From the NCBI RefSeq assembly GCF_963921235.1, contig NC_086108.1:77130001-77194000 (forward strand): 64,000 nt of DNA. The letters run 5' to 3'. A program made the position numbers and the translations under genes. Each line of letters starts with the position of its first letter. Positions within the stretch are counted from its first letter, which is position 1. This stretch comes from Mobula hypostoma. Taxonomy: Eukaryota. This document shows, piece by piece, positions 1 to 11,289 of this stretch. The notes under the pieces were generated by a model. It was not told where the DNA came from, did no database searches, and was given only the letters and a program-made list of their open reading frames with translations.

Positions 1-384
1 ATCTATTTGTCTCTCTCCCATCAGGGACGAGGCTACATGCCAGGACCACCAGGCTCAAAAACAGTTGCTTTCCCCAAGCAGTAAGGCTGATTAATACCTC
101 CACCCACCAACCCACCCCCCCCCGTCCACACCCCCTACCACTACTACTTTATCACTTCCTGTTATTCACCTTGTGTACAGATACTCGTTTGCCTAATGTC
201 ACTTTATGGACATACATTCAATCTATGTAAATATGCTACTTTATATATTTATATTTATTGTGTTTTATTATTATTATTGTGCTCTTTATCTTATTGAGTC
301 TTTTTCAGTGCTATTTCAGAACAAGTATTTAATTCTCCTTTACATTTGCGTATTGGAAATAATATTAAACAATCTTGAATCTTG
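1..384 (+). mobile_element. Rex1/Babar LINE 3' end (end of ORF plus 3' UTR)
   Basis: Begins with an LPSGxR...ARTTRLKNSxFP-type C-terminus and ends in a (CTTGAAT)n-like tail; same C-terminal motif as the other Rex1 copies in the window. Confidence 0.75.
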
Positions 385-489
385 AGTAATCTTTGCAAGT
401 ATTTGTCACTGCTTTGAATTTGCAGTTCCTATTTTCCTTCATTTGTATTGTAAATCAAAGTTCTTTATAGTTTTTATGTAATGGCCAGA

Positions 490-560
490 AAGTGGGGGGC
501 ACTGGAGATGTGATCTAGGAGCCAAGGGGACCATAACCTAAAAATGTTTGGGAACCACTG
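490..560. mobile_element. hAT (Charlie/MER5-like) MITE end fragment
   Basis: Ends AAAAATGTTTGGGAACCACTG followed by CTCTAG, a typical Charlie-type terminal inverted repeat. Confidence 0.45.
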
Positions 561-1232
561 CTCTAGTGTATTCTGTTTTGTACTCCTCTCTCTTCCTTGC
601 AATAGTTACACAGCCTAGAAACTGGACCGTGCATCCGTGAAGATTTCAGTAACATATCTACACCCTGTGCCTGTGTGTCTGTACATTGCGTTGACCTAAC
701 ATACTATATATGATGCCACACTGTGATGTAGACATGATTGAGACATTAATAACAGGGTTGTGGCTGGTCAAGAGAGGACAGATAGTACTACGAAGATTAA
801 TAGCCAACGTATGCACTAGCTGCAGTGCTTTGCGGGTCAGAGCCTTAGAGTGAAAGTCATCAATGACAAAATCTGCACAGGCCAGAAGGCCAGATTCAAG
901 ATTCATTAGTCCTCACTGGCTGGACAGTCATCATGTGCCACCAACAGTCTCACCAACATTTATCAATTGAATTGAAAGCACCTATTGACAGTGATGTGCA
1001 TGAACCCACAGCAGAAGAACCTTGGGCACGATCAAAGGCTATGTTCAACCTGTCACCCAGAAACAGTGGCAGGCTCATTGCAGATGGCAATGTTAACTCT
1101 TTCTCCGATTGTGATCTCTTATTTTGATTCCCTGTTTCCACAGACATTCAATGTGGCAGAAGTCTTAAAATAAATCAAAGAAAGGACTTTTTATATCATG
1201 CGAATCACATAGAGCTGCATAACTTTTGAATT

Positions 1233-2232
1233 TCAGAATCATAATTTGGTGTAACATCACTGGCATATGTCATGAAATTTATTGTTATGTGACAGCAGTG
1301 CATTGCAATACATAATTCAAAAAACTATAAACTACAAAAATAAGTGTACTGTATATATATAATTAAATAAGTCTTCAGGCTTCTGACCTCCTCCTGGATG
1401 GTAGCAATGAGGAGAGGACGTGTGCTGGGTAATGGGTGTCCTTAATAATGGATGTTGCCTTTTTGAGATATTGCCTCTTGAAGAGGTTCTCAGTGCTGGG
1501 GAGATCAGTGCCCAGGATAGAGCTGGTAGAGCTTACAACTTTCTACGGCTTTTTCTGATCCCGTGTAGTGAACCCTTCATACCGGACAGTGATACGACCA
1601 GTTAAAATGCTCTCCATGGTATATCTGTAGAAGTTTCCAAGAATCTTTGGTGACATACCAAGTCTCCTGAAACTCCTAATGAAATATAGCTACCGCCGTG
1701 CTTTCTTTGTCATTGCATCAAAATGTTGGGTGCAAGATAGATCTTCAGAGATGTTGACACCAGGAACTTGAAACTGCTCACCATTTTCACTGCTGACCTC
1801 TCGATGAGGGCTGGAGTGTGTTCCCTCAGCTTCTCCTTCCTGAAGTCCACAGTCAATTCCCTGGTCTTACTGATGTTGAGTGAAAGGCTGATCTTGCAAC
1901 ACCACTCAACCAGCAGATCTATCTTGCTCCTGTACGCCTCCTCATCACCATCATAAATTCTACCAACAATCGTTGTGGTATCAGCAAATGTATAGATGGT
2001 GTAGGCACTGTACCTAGTCACACAGCCGTGGGTGTAGAGAGTGTAGAGCACAGGGCTAAGGATGAACACTAAGGTGTGTCAGTATTGATTGCCAGTGAGG
2101 AGGAGATGTTATTTCAGATCCGCACAGACTGTAGTCTCCTGGTGAAGAAGTCAAGGATCCAGTTGCAGAGGGAGGTACAGGGGTTGAGGTTTTGGAGCTT
2201 GTCAATTAGATCTGAGGGTATGATTATACAAA
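1233..2232 (-). mobile_element. Rex1/Babar LINE, 5'-truncated and decayed RT
   Basis: ORFs 1710-2069 (LSPVLYTLYTH...FADTTTIVG...LSLNISKTRELTVDFRK) and 2114-2392 ([18 protein letters not shown]). Confidence 0.9.
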
Positions 2233-2549
2233 CAGCATACCTGATGCAGCCTGACAATGGATTTAATTCAAATGAGCATGAATGGGAAAGCATTAAACGA
2301 GACCCGGAAATTGATTGGTACCTGGGTATGACTTCAGCAGGAACACTGGTTAGATGCTGATAGAATATTAATCGATAATTTCGATATTTCAATAAGGTTC
2401 ATATGAAGTTCAATAAGGTTCACGTTGTTTTGTACAATTTGCTACTTCAACACTTGATTCAAAGTCTTATTTAAAAAACTTAATTACTGGTTTGTCCAGT
2501 CAGGTTGTGAAATTAACTTACAGAAGTATATGCACAATTAATTTATATG

Positions 2550-2975
2550 TCCAGATAGATTCCAACCTGATGGCATGAACATTGATTGTTCCTTCTGGTA
2601 ATTCCCCCCTCCCCCCCTTCTTCTTCTATTCCCCAGCCTGGACGCTTACCTCTTTTCCTCACCTGCCTATCGCCCTTGGTGCCCCTTCTTCTTCCCTGTG
2701 TCCTATGGTCCACTCTCCTTTCCTATCAGATTCCTTCTTCTCTAGCCCTGTACCTTTCCCGCTCACCTAGCCTCACCTATCACCTTCCCCTCCTTCCTCT
2801 CCCCCCAACTTTTTATTCTGGTCTCCTCCCCCTTCCTTCCAGGGTCCTGGAGAGGGGTCTCAACCTGAAAGGTTGACTGTTTATTCATTTCCATAGATGC
2901 TTCCTGACCTGCTGTGTTCCTCCAGCATTTTGTGCGCATTGCTCTGGTTTTCCAGCATCTGCAGAATCTCTTGTA
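2550..2975 (+). mobile_element. Penelope-like element 3' end / terminal repeat (older copy)
   Basis: QPDGMNID end of GIY-YIG ORF, pyrimidine-rich UTR, degenerate hammerhead, ...TCCAGCATCTGCAGAATCTCTTG end. Confidence 0.8.
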
Positions 2976-3825
2976 TTTATAAATTAACTTACGTTTATTT
3001 CTATATTCTCACTTTTTTTCAGACTACTGTAGAGCTGATTTTGTTCATGGTGAGCTACTTCTGGCTTTCTTCAAAATAATTTTGCTGCAGTTTGAAATAA
3101 TTTAGTGGAGAAGTCAGGCCTTAACAGGGGTTGTATAAAAGGAGGGCTTTGTGCAGGACCCCATAATCACAGCTAACCAAATGAAAACACTGCTGTGCTC
3201 TGTTATCTGCTAGTAGTGTATTAGTACCTGCTGGAAGAAAGGCTGTGCAATAAGAGAGAACTTGGGTTATTCAAAAACTGAGCAAGTCTAGTGTTAGCCC
3301 AGTGTGGGGAAAGAGAGAGGGAGAGGTGTGTTTGACCACTGGTTTTTGATTGTCTATGGAGTTGTAGTATTCACAACACTGTCATAAAATAGAACCACAA
3401 TATCTTTGTTTGATCCTTCAAAGCTCATAGAAATGCTGATGTTTACATGTTTAGCAGATGCTAATAAGTTTTTTAAAGATTTTATTTCTCTACTAAAATA
3501 GATTGAGAATGTATAATTTTTCTTGAATTGGAAACACTGATCACTGCAGTGCAATTCAAGATGATGACCTTGTGACATAAAATTATACCAAGCAGCTACC
3601 ACAAATATCAGACAAAAGAGAGGAAGAAAACTGAAGTACTGTTTGCTCAGGACTGGGAGGGATGTGGGGGAATGGTAGAGACTGCAAATCTTTGTGTTAT
3701 ATTTATGCAGAATCAGGAGTTTCTATTGTATGCAGCAGTTGAGTTTACCTTGAATATAAGATCTCTCAGTCGCATTGGTACTGCAATCATGGGAAATGAT
3801 TTGGTTAGTTACTGGAACTCATGCC

Positions 3826-3958
3826 TCCTGACGAAGGGTCTCGGCCTGAAACGTCGACTGTACCTCTTCCTAGAGATGCTGCCTGGCCTGCTGCGTTCAC
3901 CAGCAACTTTGATGTGCGTTGCTTGAATTTCCAGCATCAGCAGAATTCCTCGTGTTTG
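3826..3958 (+). mobile_element. Penelope terminal-repeat-only insertion with hammerhead core
   Basis: CTGACGAAGGGTCTCGGCCTGAAACGTCGACTG, then the same terminal repeat seen at 29500-29596 and 54740-54872. Confidence 0.85.
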
Positions 3959-4705
3959 CCTCATCAGAGTTTTGCTGGATTGTCCTCCAAACTGGATAAG
4001 AGTATATGGATGTAGTATTCAGCTTAGAAGGAGGTAAAGAGAAAGGGAAGGGTATTCTATTGTCAAGTGTAACATTAGCATTACTGTAATAATTGTTTGG
4101 CATTTAACTGAGAAAGTAAGTTTTTTTTTTGGCTATTTACTGCTAGTCTCTCATCAGCACTTCTGTACAGCGGGTGATAATTCAGTTGTAGACATGAATA
4201 GACAAGAGGAGACACAAGTCCTCTGGTAGCCTGATCAATGTCTGATGAAAAAAAAATATATTGAAAATTTACTAGCATATCCTGATTTGCTACTTAGTAA
4301 ATTATATGTTTTACAATGTTATAAAACTTCTGAAATATGTTTGATTGTGTCTGCATTTAAGAAAATAAATAATTTGAAGAAACTTTCATATTCAGCATAA
4401 TTGATGAAATCTTCCATTTCTGATCTAGTTTGAGTTTAATTGAGGCCACAGTTAATGCAGTAAATCAGTGTTTGGGGTTTATTATAACTCTTTAACATCG
4501 TTCTCCAGTCTCCAAGTGGTTCACCCATTATCGTTATATGGTGCATTTTAATGAATAGACTCAAAAATAGATTGCTCTGTTGCTGCTCCACTTTAATAAT
4601 AAACCACAAATTGTTAATTCTTCATTACCTTTTCAATTGTGCAGCCTGTAGCTAAGTCTTTTCCACCTCCAATTCAGAACAGAATATGCAAATGAAAATT
4701 CTGAA

Positions 4706-5470
4706 CTCGATCAGAATCGTTTACTATCACTCACATACATTGTGAAATTTGTTGTTTTGAGGCAGTAGTACAGTGCAATACATAAAAAATACTATAATTT
4801 GTAATAAATAAGTAGTGCAAAAGATTAATAATGAAGTAGTGTTCACAATTTCATGGACAGTTCAGAGATCTGATGTCAGAGAGGGAGAAGTTGTTCCTTA
4901 AAGAAGCTGAGTGTGGGTCTTCAGATCCCTGCCCCCCCCCCCCATACTATTGTAGCATTATGTTTTGGATATGTGTAGTTAGAGTAGTTCCAATCATGGT
5001 ACAAAGTAACTTAGAGTTCAAAGTTCAAAGTAAGTTTTATTATCAAGGTATATGTCACCGTGTACTGTATAACCCTGAGATTCATTTTCCTGCAAACATC
5101 CTCAGCAAACTTATAGAATAATAACTTTAACAGGAAGAATGGAAGGTCAACTAGAGTGGAGAAGACAAAAAACTGTGCAAATACAAATATAAATAAACAG
5201 TAATAAATAATGAGAACATGAGATAACAAGGTAGAGAGCCCTTAAAGTGAGATCATTGGTTGTGGGAGTGTAGTTGTCCCCTTTGAGCAAGAGCCTGATG
5301 GTTGAGGGGTAGTAATTGTTCTTGAATCTGGTGGTGTGAGTGCTGAGGCTCTTGTACCTGTTGCCTGATGGCAGCAGCGAGAAAAGAGCATGGCCTGGTT
5401 GGGGGGGATCTCTGTTGCTGGATGCTGCTTTCCTACGACAGCATTTGTGATGAAATCCCTCATGATTCAT
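4706..5470 (-). mobile_element. Rex1/Babar 3' end fragments (two adjacent pieces)
   Basis: ORF 5147-5566 contains HALFSLLPSGNRYKSL...TTRFKNNYYPSTIRLL; typical Rex1 3' UTR tails. Confidence 0.8.
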
Positions 5471-5779
5471 GACTTTAGAACAGATAGAAGAAGAAGCCAA
5501 AGGAATAACGTACACATGATGAAGTATTTTGGCCCAAAACATCGACTTTTTATCTCTTTCCATCAATGCTGTCTGACCTGCTGAGTTCCACCAACATTTT
5601 GTGTGATTTACTACGGATTTTCAGAATCTCTTGTGTTCGCAAAGATCTGGAAGTGCTTTCAATGTCCGCCTGTAGATGCATCACATTCAAGTGGAAGTGG
5701 TCAAGTCCCACGCTCTTGTGAGATGAATTAAATAATTTTCCAAAATGTTCAATTTACAATTTACAATCATCTCCTTTTT

Positions 5780-5884
5780 ACAGTAATAAATAATGAGAAC
5801 ATGAGATAACAAGGTAGAGAGCCCTTAAAGTGAGATCATTGGTTGTGGGAGTGTAGTTGTCCCCTTTGAGCAAGAGCCTGATGG
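5780..5884. repeat. Exact 105-bp copy of 5197-5301
   Basis: Base-by-base identical by eye (ACAGTAATAAATAATGAG...GAGCCTGATGG). Confidence 0.9.
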
Positions 5885-6109
5885 ACATTTTAAGTTCTTG
5901 CCTGATGACTTTGTAATGGGTAATAGAAAAGTAAGCTCTGATAAGCAAAACCTCTCACTCCCTAAAATCCACAAGCATTATCTAGGGTGTGAAATAATAT
6001 TAAGGATGGTATCCAGACAGGAAAAATAATAAACACACTTTTGTCTTAGAAATTTTTAATGAATGAATCTGCATCACTTTTGGGGATGATTAGTATTGCG
6101 GAGCATCTC

Positions 6110-6405
6110 ATAGTATCGCAGAGTTATAGAGACGTACAGCATAGAAATGGCCACTTTGGCTCACGTCATCCGTACTAACCATGATCACTATTAATGCTAA
6201 TTTCATTTGTCCACATTAGGCTCATATCTCTCTTCCCTTTTCCTGTCCAACTACCTGTAAAAATGCTTTTTAAATGCTGTAATTACATATATCTCTACCA
6301 CTTCCTCTGGCTGCTCGTTCCATACACCACTAGATGCTGTGTGAAAAACTTGCCCTTCAGATTTCCTTTAAAATTTCCCTTCTCATTTGCAACGAATGCC
6401 CTCTA
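6110..6405 (-). mobile_element. CR1 LINE 3' end fragment
   Basis: Reverse complement of the CR1 3' UTR/tail seen at 39900-40157. Confidence 0.7.
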
Positions 6406-6411
6406 GATATA

Positions 6412-6992
6412 CACTCAGTGGTCACTTTATTACATACACCCTGTATGTCTGCTTATTAATGCAAATATCTAGTCAGCCAATCATGTGGCAGCAACTCAAT
6501 GCATAAAAGCATGCAGGCATGGTCAAGAGGTTCAGTTGTTGTTGAGACCAAAATTCAGAATGGAGAAGTAATATGATCTAAGTGACTTTGATCATGGAAT
6601 TATAATTGGTGTCAGATGGGGTGATTTGAGAATCTCAGAAACTGCTGATCTCCTGGGAATTTTGCACACAAGTCTGTAAGGTTTACAAACAATGCTGCAG
6701 AAAACAAAAAAAACAAAAAAAAAATCCAATGAACAGCCGTTCTGTGGGCAAAATTGCCTTGTTAATGAAAGAGGTCAGACGTGATTGGCCGGACTAATTC
6801 GAGATGACAGGAAGGTGAGAGTAACTCAACCACGCGTTACAACAGTGGTGTGCAGAAGAGCATCTCTAACCCCACAACACATCGAACCTTGGAGTGGATG
6901 GGCAGTAGCAGCAGAAGACCACAAACACAGGAATGCACTCAGTAGCCACTTCATTAGTTATGTCCTGTACCCAATACAGTGGCCACTGAATA
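6412..6992 (+). mobile_element. Tc1/mariner non-autonomous element (internally deleted)
   Basis: TA|CACTCAGTGGTCACTTTATT ... AATACAGTGGCCACTGA TIRs; decayed transposase N-terminus (DLSDFDHGIIIGVRWGDLRISETADLLG). Confidence 0.9.
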
Positions 6993-7349
6993 TGGAATCC
7001 CCTACCCTGAGAAAAAGGCTGAAACCATCTGCCACATCTATGCCCCTCATGATTCTACTAATGTCTATAGGTCACCTTTGGCCTCCTATGTTCCGGTGAG
7101 AATATACCCAATGTATTTGTATCACACAACATTGCCATACAAATACATTTGTCAGTATTACAGTCAATACTTGATAGAGGCATACGTAACCTCAAATTAT
7201 GATATTTCTTTTCTCATTTAATATACACTTGAAATATGGTCACTGTAGTAATATGACAAAATGCCATAGAAGCAAAATTTCTATAAATAAAAGTAATTGC
7301 ATTCTATTCATGATACCAAAAACTGTGGGCACAACCATATCATCAGTAC

Positions 7350-7767
7350 TTACTCACTTACTGCCTGTTTCACTGTTGGAGTTTAGGGCAGCAGTGAAGT
7401 TCCTCCATCTCTGGCAGAGTTCAGGGCTTCCTTCATCACGTCAGTAGCTTCCTCTCGTTTTTCACTACTGTCAGTCATGCATTTCCCAGGTGGAGACTCA
7501 GGAATCTCGCACTCTGATGTAGAAGGATTCTTCATTGCTACTTCTGTAACAATTTTTATTTTACCAGTCAGGGTTGTTCAACTGAACCCCAGAATCTGGA
7601 GGACCAGTGGACCACTCTTAATCCGGCCTCTACCCTTTGACCTGTTTGGCATGGGTGACCCTACCAACAGCCAAAGCAAAAAGCCCTGACTCCAGCCAAC
7701 ATAGCTCTTCAGGGCACTGAGGCATGCAAGCCTCCAAACCACGTCAAGGTTGTGGTCCTCTTGGAGT
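7350..7767 (-). mobile_element. Non-autonomous RTE-derived element (RTE 5' UTR joined to a short 3' tail)
   Basis: Reverse complement starts GAGGACCACAACCTTGACGTGG...GGTAGGGTCACCCATGCCAAACAGGTC, resembling the conserved RTE/BovB 5' UTR, and ends CAGTAAGTGAGTA; second copy at 61186-61600. Confidence 0.7.
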
Positions 7768-7989
7768 CACATCACCCGTGTAAGGGCCAAATCAGCAGAC
7801 GGTGAAAATCTGAAATCGAAACAGAAAGTGTTAGAAGTGTTAAGCAGGCCGGCAGTGTACAAAGAGGGAGACAAATTTTCCTGATTTCATAAACTTAATT
7901 TCTAGGTTTGTTACTGTATATATTGTACTTATTTATAGTTAACATGTACACTGTGAGCTTCATGTTTGAAAAGAATTTCATTGCACACT

Positions 7990-8340
7990 GGTACATGACA
8001 GTAAACTAATTTGAATCCAAATGGAGAAAACATTCTGCTCCCTTAGAGGTGTTGGGAGTGTAGGAACTATGTTGATTGTGTGGGACGTGCTAGGAGAACA
8101 GGAAAAGCAATTGGTGTTGAATGAAAGGTGGGTCGAGGTATTTAAGAAGCCATTGCTTCCTTGAAATACTGAAAGGGAAGGGAAAGATGTATTTGGCAGC
8201 AGGATTGTTCTGGAGGAAGTGGAGAGGTGATCTGTTGAATGCAGAGGTGGGGAGGGTGGAAGAGATGATTGCAACAGATGCTACTGTAGGTCTGGCTGGG
8301 AGCAGAATGGTGAAAGTAGAAGCTGTCTTGGTTGAGACGT
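7990..8340 (-). mobile_element. Old Penelope-like ORF remnant
   Basis: Degenerate similarity to the region upstream of the GIY-YIG ORF at 28667-28880. Confidence 0.5.
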
Positions 8341-8464
8341 AAATGTTTGCTAAGTGACAAGGAGAACTCTGGCTTTTTACTGCATGTCGTCTTCTGCACT
8401 TACCTGACAGGACAGACAGAACTTGGCTTTAATCTCATTGATGGCAGCATCTTTAACAATGCTT

Positions 8465-9025
8465 ATAGAATCTTAGAATCATAAAGCATGGAATCATACA
8501 TTTGGCCGAACTCATCCACCACAACTAGTGGGCACCCTTCCCTAGTAATCCCATCACCCAGCTCTCTATGCCCAAGCAATCCAATAGCTGATGTAGAAAT
8601 TTTCTAAATGCTTTTGGTGAGTCTGCTTTAACCCCTCTTTCAGGCAGTTTATTCCAGGTACTTAACCCTTTCTGCGTGAAGAAGGTCTCTGTCATATTCC
8701 TCATAGTTTTATATGTCTTAATCATGCGCACTCTTCACCTCCTCTCCTCCAGGGGGAGTAAACCTAACTTCTTCAGTCTCACCTCATATGCCATTTCAGG
8801 CAACATTTTGGTGAATCTACCTTCTCTTATGCTGTCACTTCCTCCCTCTACCTAGGAGACCAGAACTGCATGCAGCACTCCAGCCGTGGTCTGACCATGG
8901 ATTTAAAACGTTTGAACAAAATGTCCCTACTACTATATTCAGTGCCCTGACTAATCCCATGTGCTATTATCCCATATACCATCCTAACCACATAATTAAC
9001 CTGCATTGACACCTTCAAAAATCTA
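8465..9025 (-). mobile_element. CR1 LINE 3' fragment (old)
   Basis: ORF 8525-8731 FFTQKGLSTWNKLPE, typical of the CR1 C-terminus. Confidence 0.8.
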
Positions 9026-9849
9026 AAGCTGAAACTACAGGAAATTGCTTTTATTGAATAAAACTTAATGCTCTTATTTGAAAAGAACTTTTTCCATGTG
9101 TGTATTTAAACATCATCTATAAGTCAGCTCTTTCGACAGATCTGCAATATTTCAGTATGATACTGGAATGTCAGCTAGGGTTTCAGAATAGAACATAGAA
9201 TAGAATCAGGTTTATTTTCACTGATATATGTTTTGAAATTTGTTGTTTTGCAGCCGCAGTAGAGAGCAAGACATAATCTAAATGTATGCTTACTTCTCAA
9301 AGGAGATAAAAACATATTTTTTAAAACTTCCTCTGGTTTTGTAACTCTTTTGAGATTGGCATGCCAGATTTGAATTAAGCATCAGTGAGCTGGTATCAAG
9401 CAGGGTCAGAGAGGATGGGTATAAGGCAGGAAGTGAATTTCAGTGACATGATGATAAAGCAGACTGCTGGACTGATTGTACTACTTTCCACCAGGAGAGA
9501 AATAATCATAATATTTTCACAGGATGGACATGTGTGCACCTATGCCACACAAGGTGTCCTATTTTAGATCACTTTGTAAAAACCTGGCTCATTTTCAATC
9601 TGGGTGCTGACAGCTGGATGATTGATCTGTGGAGTGTGCTGGCTGGCCCACCATTCTGATGGTGAAGAATTCGTGCAATTTATTAGACAGAATTTTGCAC
9701 ATTGTGCGTGCTACAATCAAAATGCAAACCTCTGCTACGACGAGTTTGTCCGCTCTCATCTCTGACTCAGAGCTGACATATCTGATAAGGGTATTGCAAA
9801 CAATCTCGATGAGTACAAAAAAGCCTTGTTATCATTGTAGGAAGAAGAA

Positions 9850-10045
9850 TTGAAAACATTTGCATCTATATAGTTTTGCATAATGTTCTCATGACATCTT
9901 AAACTGCTTTACTGTCAGCAACGTTCTTTTGAGAGAAATGTAACTGTCACGAGCATAATGCAAAATTCTACAGAAAGCAGATGAGATGAAAGGCCAGTTT
10001 TTTTGTATAAAGTCAATAGAGGAAAGAATATTTGATAAAAGTGCC
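9850..10045 (-). mobile_element. Degenerate DeuSINE (SacSINE1-like) 3' part
   Basis: Resembles the reverse complement of the Deu-domain/tail (ATTTGCATCTATATAG...AAACTGCTTTACTGTCA); further remnants near 8400-8460, 9090-9180, 19400-19500, 55170-55480 and 57545-57710. Confidence 0.5.
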
Positions 10046-10249
10046 TGAAATTACAGCACAGAAACAGGATGTTCAGCCCAACCAGCCCATGAAATTATTT
10101 ATGCACTATTCAACACTCCGTACCTTTCTTTATCTAAGCCTCTTCCCCTCTATTCCTTGCTCTATCACCTAAATCTTCTCCTGATTCACTGTACCATTCC
10201 CTATTGTAGTAAGTTAAACATCCTCTTTCCATTATGGCTGAGTAAGTTT

Positions 10250-10425
10250 CTCCTAAGTTCTCATTTATGTACCCCATTGCTCTGACCATTGCAATAAGTA
10301 AGTACATGTTCGGCACAGCATTGTGGGCCGAAGGGCCTATTTTGTGCTGTAGTTTTTCTATGTTTCTCTGTTTCTATGACATACAGTTTTGGACTCCACT
10401 TTGGCACTCGTTGGTAAACATGGGA
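10250..10425 (+). repeat. 176-bp direct repeat, left copy (putative TSD)
   Basis: Matches 10912-11087 with 7 substitutions and no indels by my count. Confidence 0.92.
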
Positions 10426-10911
10426 CCAGACATTGTCCCAGTGTCTGAGTCTACTAAGCAAGTGGTGCTGCTGGAGCTGACAGTCCCATGGGAAGATAGC
10501 TTGGAAGAGGCCTTTGAAAGGAAGCTCTCCAAGTACGCAGGACTGGTCAGCAACTGTCAGCAGGCTGGATGGAGAGCGAGGTGTCTCCCAGTGGAGGTTG
10601 GTTGTAGGGGATTCGTAGCCCGTTCTCTGGTTAGAGCCTTTAGTATTTTGGGCATCGAGGGAGAGAGGAAGAGGAGAGCCATCCGCAGTACCACCGATGC
10701 GGCAGAGAGGGCCTCAAGATGGCTGTGGCTCAAAAAAGGGGAGCCATGGAGTCATAAGTAGCTAGCCATCTGGACACAAGCTGGGTTCTGATCAGCCCCG
10801 GCTGGGTCACTTGGAGGAGGTTGTATGATGTTGAAAGACCCGAAACACCCAATGATTCCAGGAACATCACTGAAGATGTGTCCAGAAGCATCAATAGATG
10901 TATGTACACAG
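10426..10911 (+). mobile_element. HERO-like (RLE-bearing) non-LTR retrotransposon, 5'-truncated
   Basis: Open frame PDIV...KQVVLLELTVPWEDSLEEAFERKLSKY...CLPVEVGCRGF...AAERASRWLWLKK* is a PD-(D/E)xK restriction-like endonuclease C-terminus typical of HERO; ~150-bp 3' UTR follows. Confidence 0.85.
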
Positions 10912-11087
10912 CTCCTAAGTCCTCATTTATGTACCCCATTGCTCTGACCATTGCAATAAGTAAGTACATGTTTGGCACAGCATTGTGGGCCGAAGGGCCT
11001 ATTTTGTGCTGTAGTTTTTCTGTGTTTCTATGTTTCTATGACATACAATTTTGTACTCCACTTTGGCAATCGTTGGTAAACATGGGA
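10912..11087 (+). repeat. 176-bp direct repeat, right copy (putative TSD)
   Basis: Begins immediately after the HERO 3' UTR (…GATGTATGTACACAG|CTCCTAAG). Confidence 0.92.
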
Positions 11088-11273
11088 ACGGGTGGTGTGA
11101 CTTTTGTAAGGTACCAGACACAGTGAAGCATATGACCTTGGTGTGCCACAGATAATCATTAGAACGCGGGAAGCATCTGAAGAAGGAACAGTTAAGTCAT
11201 GTAGTACGCTTTTAATTAAAAGGGATTTGTGAGCAGGATCTGAACTCCGCCATGGCTCCTGTCATACTTCATT

Positions 11274-11289
11274 ACAGTAGGTGGCGGTA
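11274..11289 (+). promoter_or_regulatory. CTCF-like motif
   Basis: ACAGTAGGTGGCGGTA is close to the CTCF core CCASYAGRKGGCRS; lies in apparently unique sequence. Confidence 0.4.

Noticed and set aside
10267..10761. 164-aa ORF as a host gene
   Set aside because: It is a chance in-frame fusion of duplicated target DNA with the HERO endonuclease remnant.
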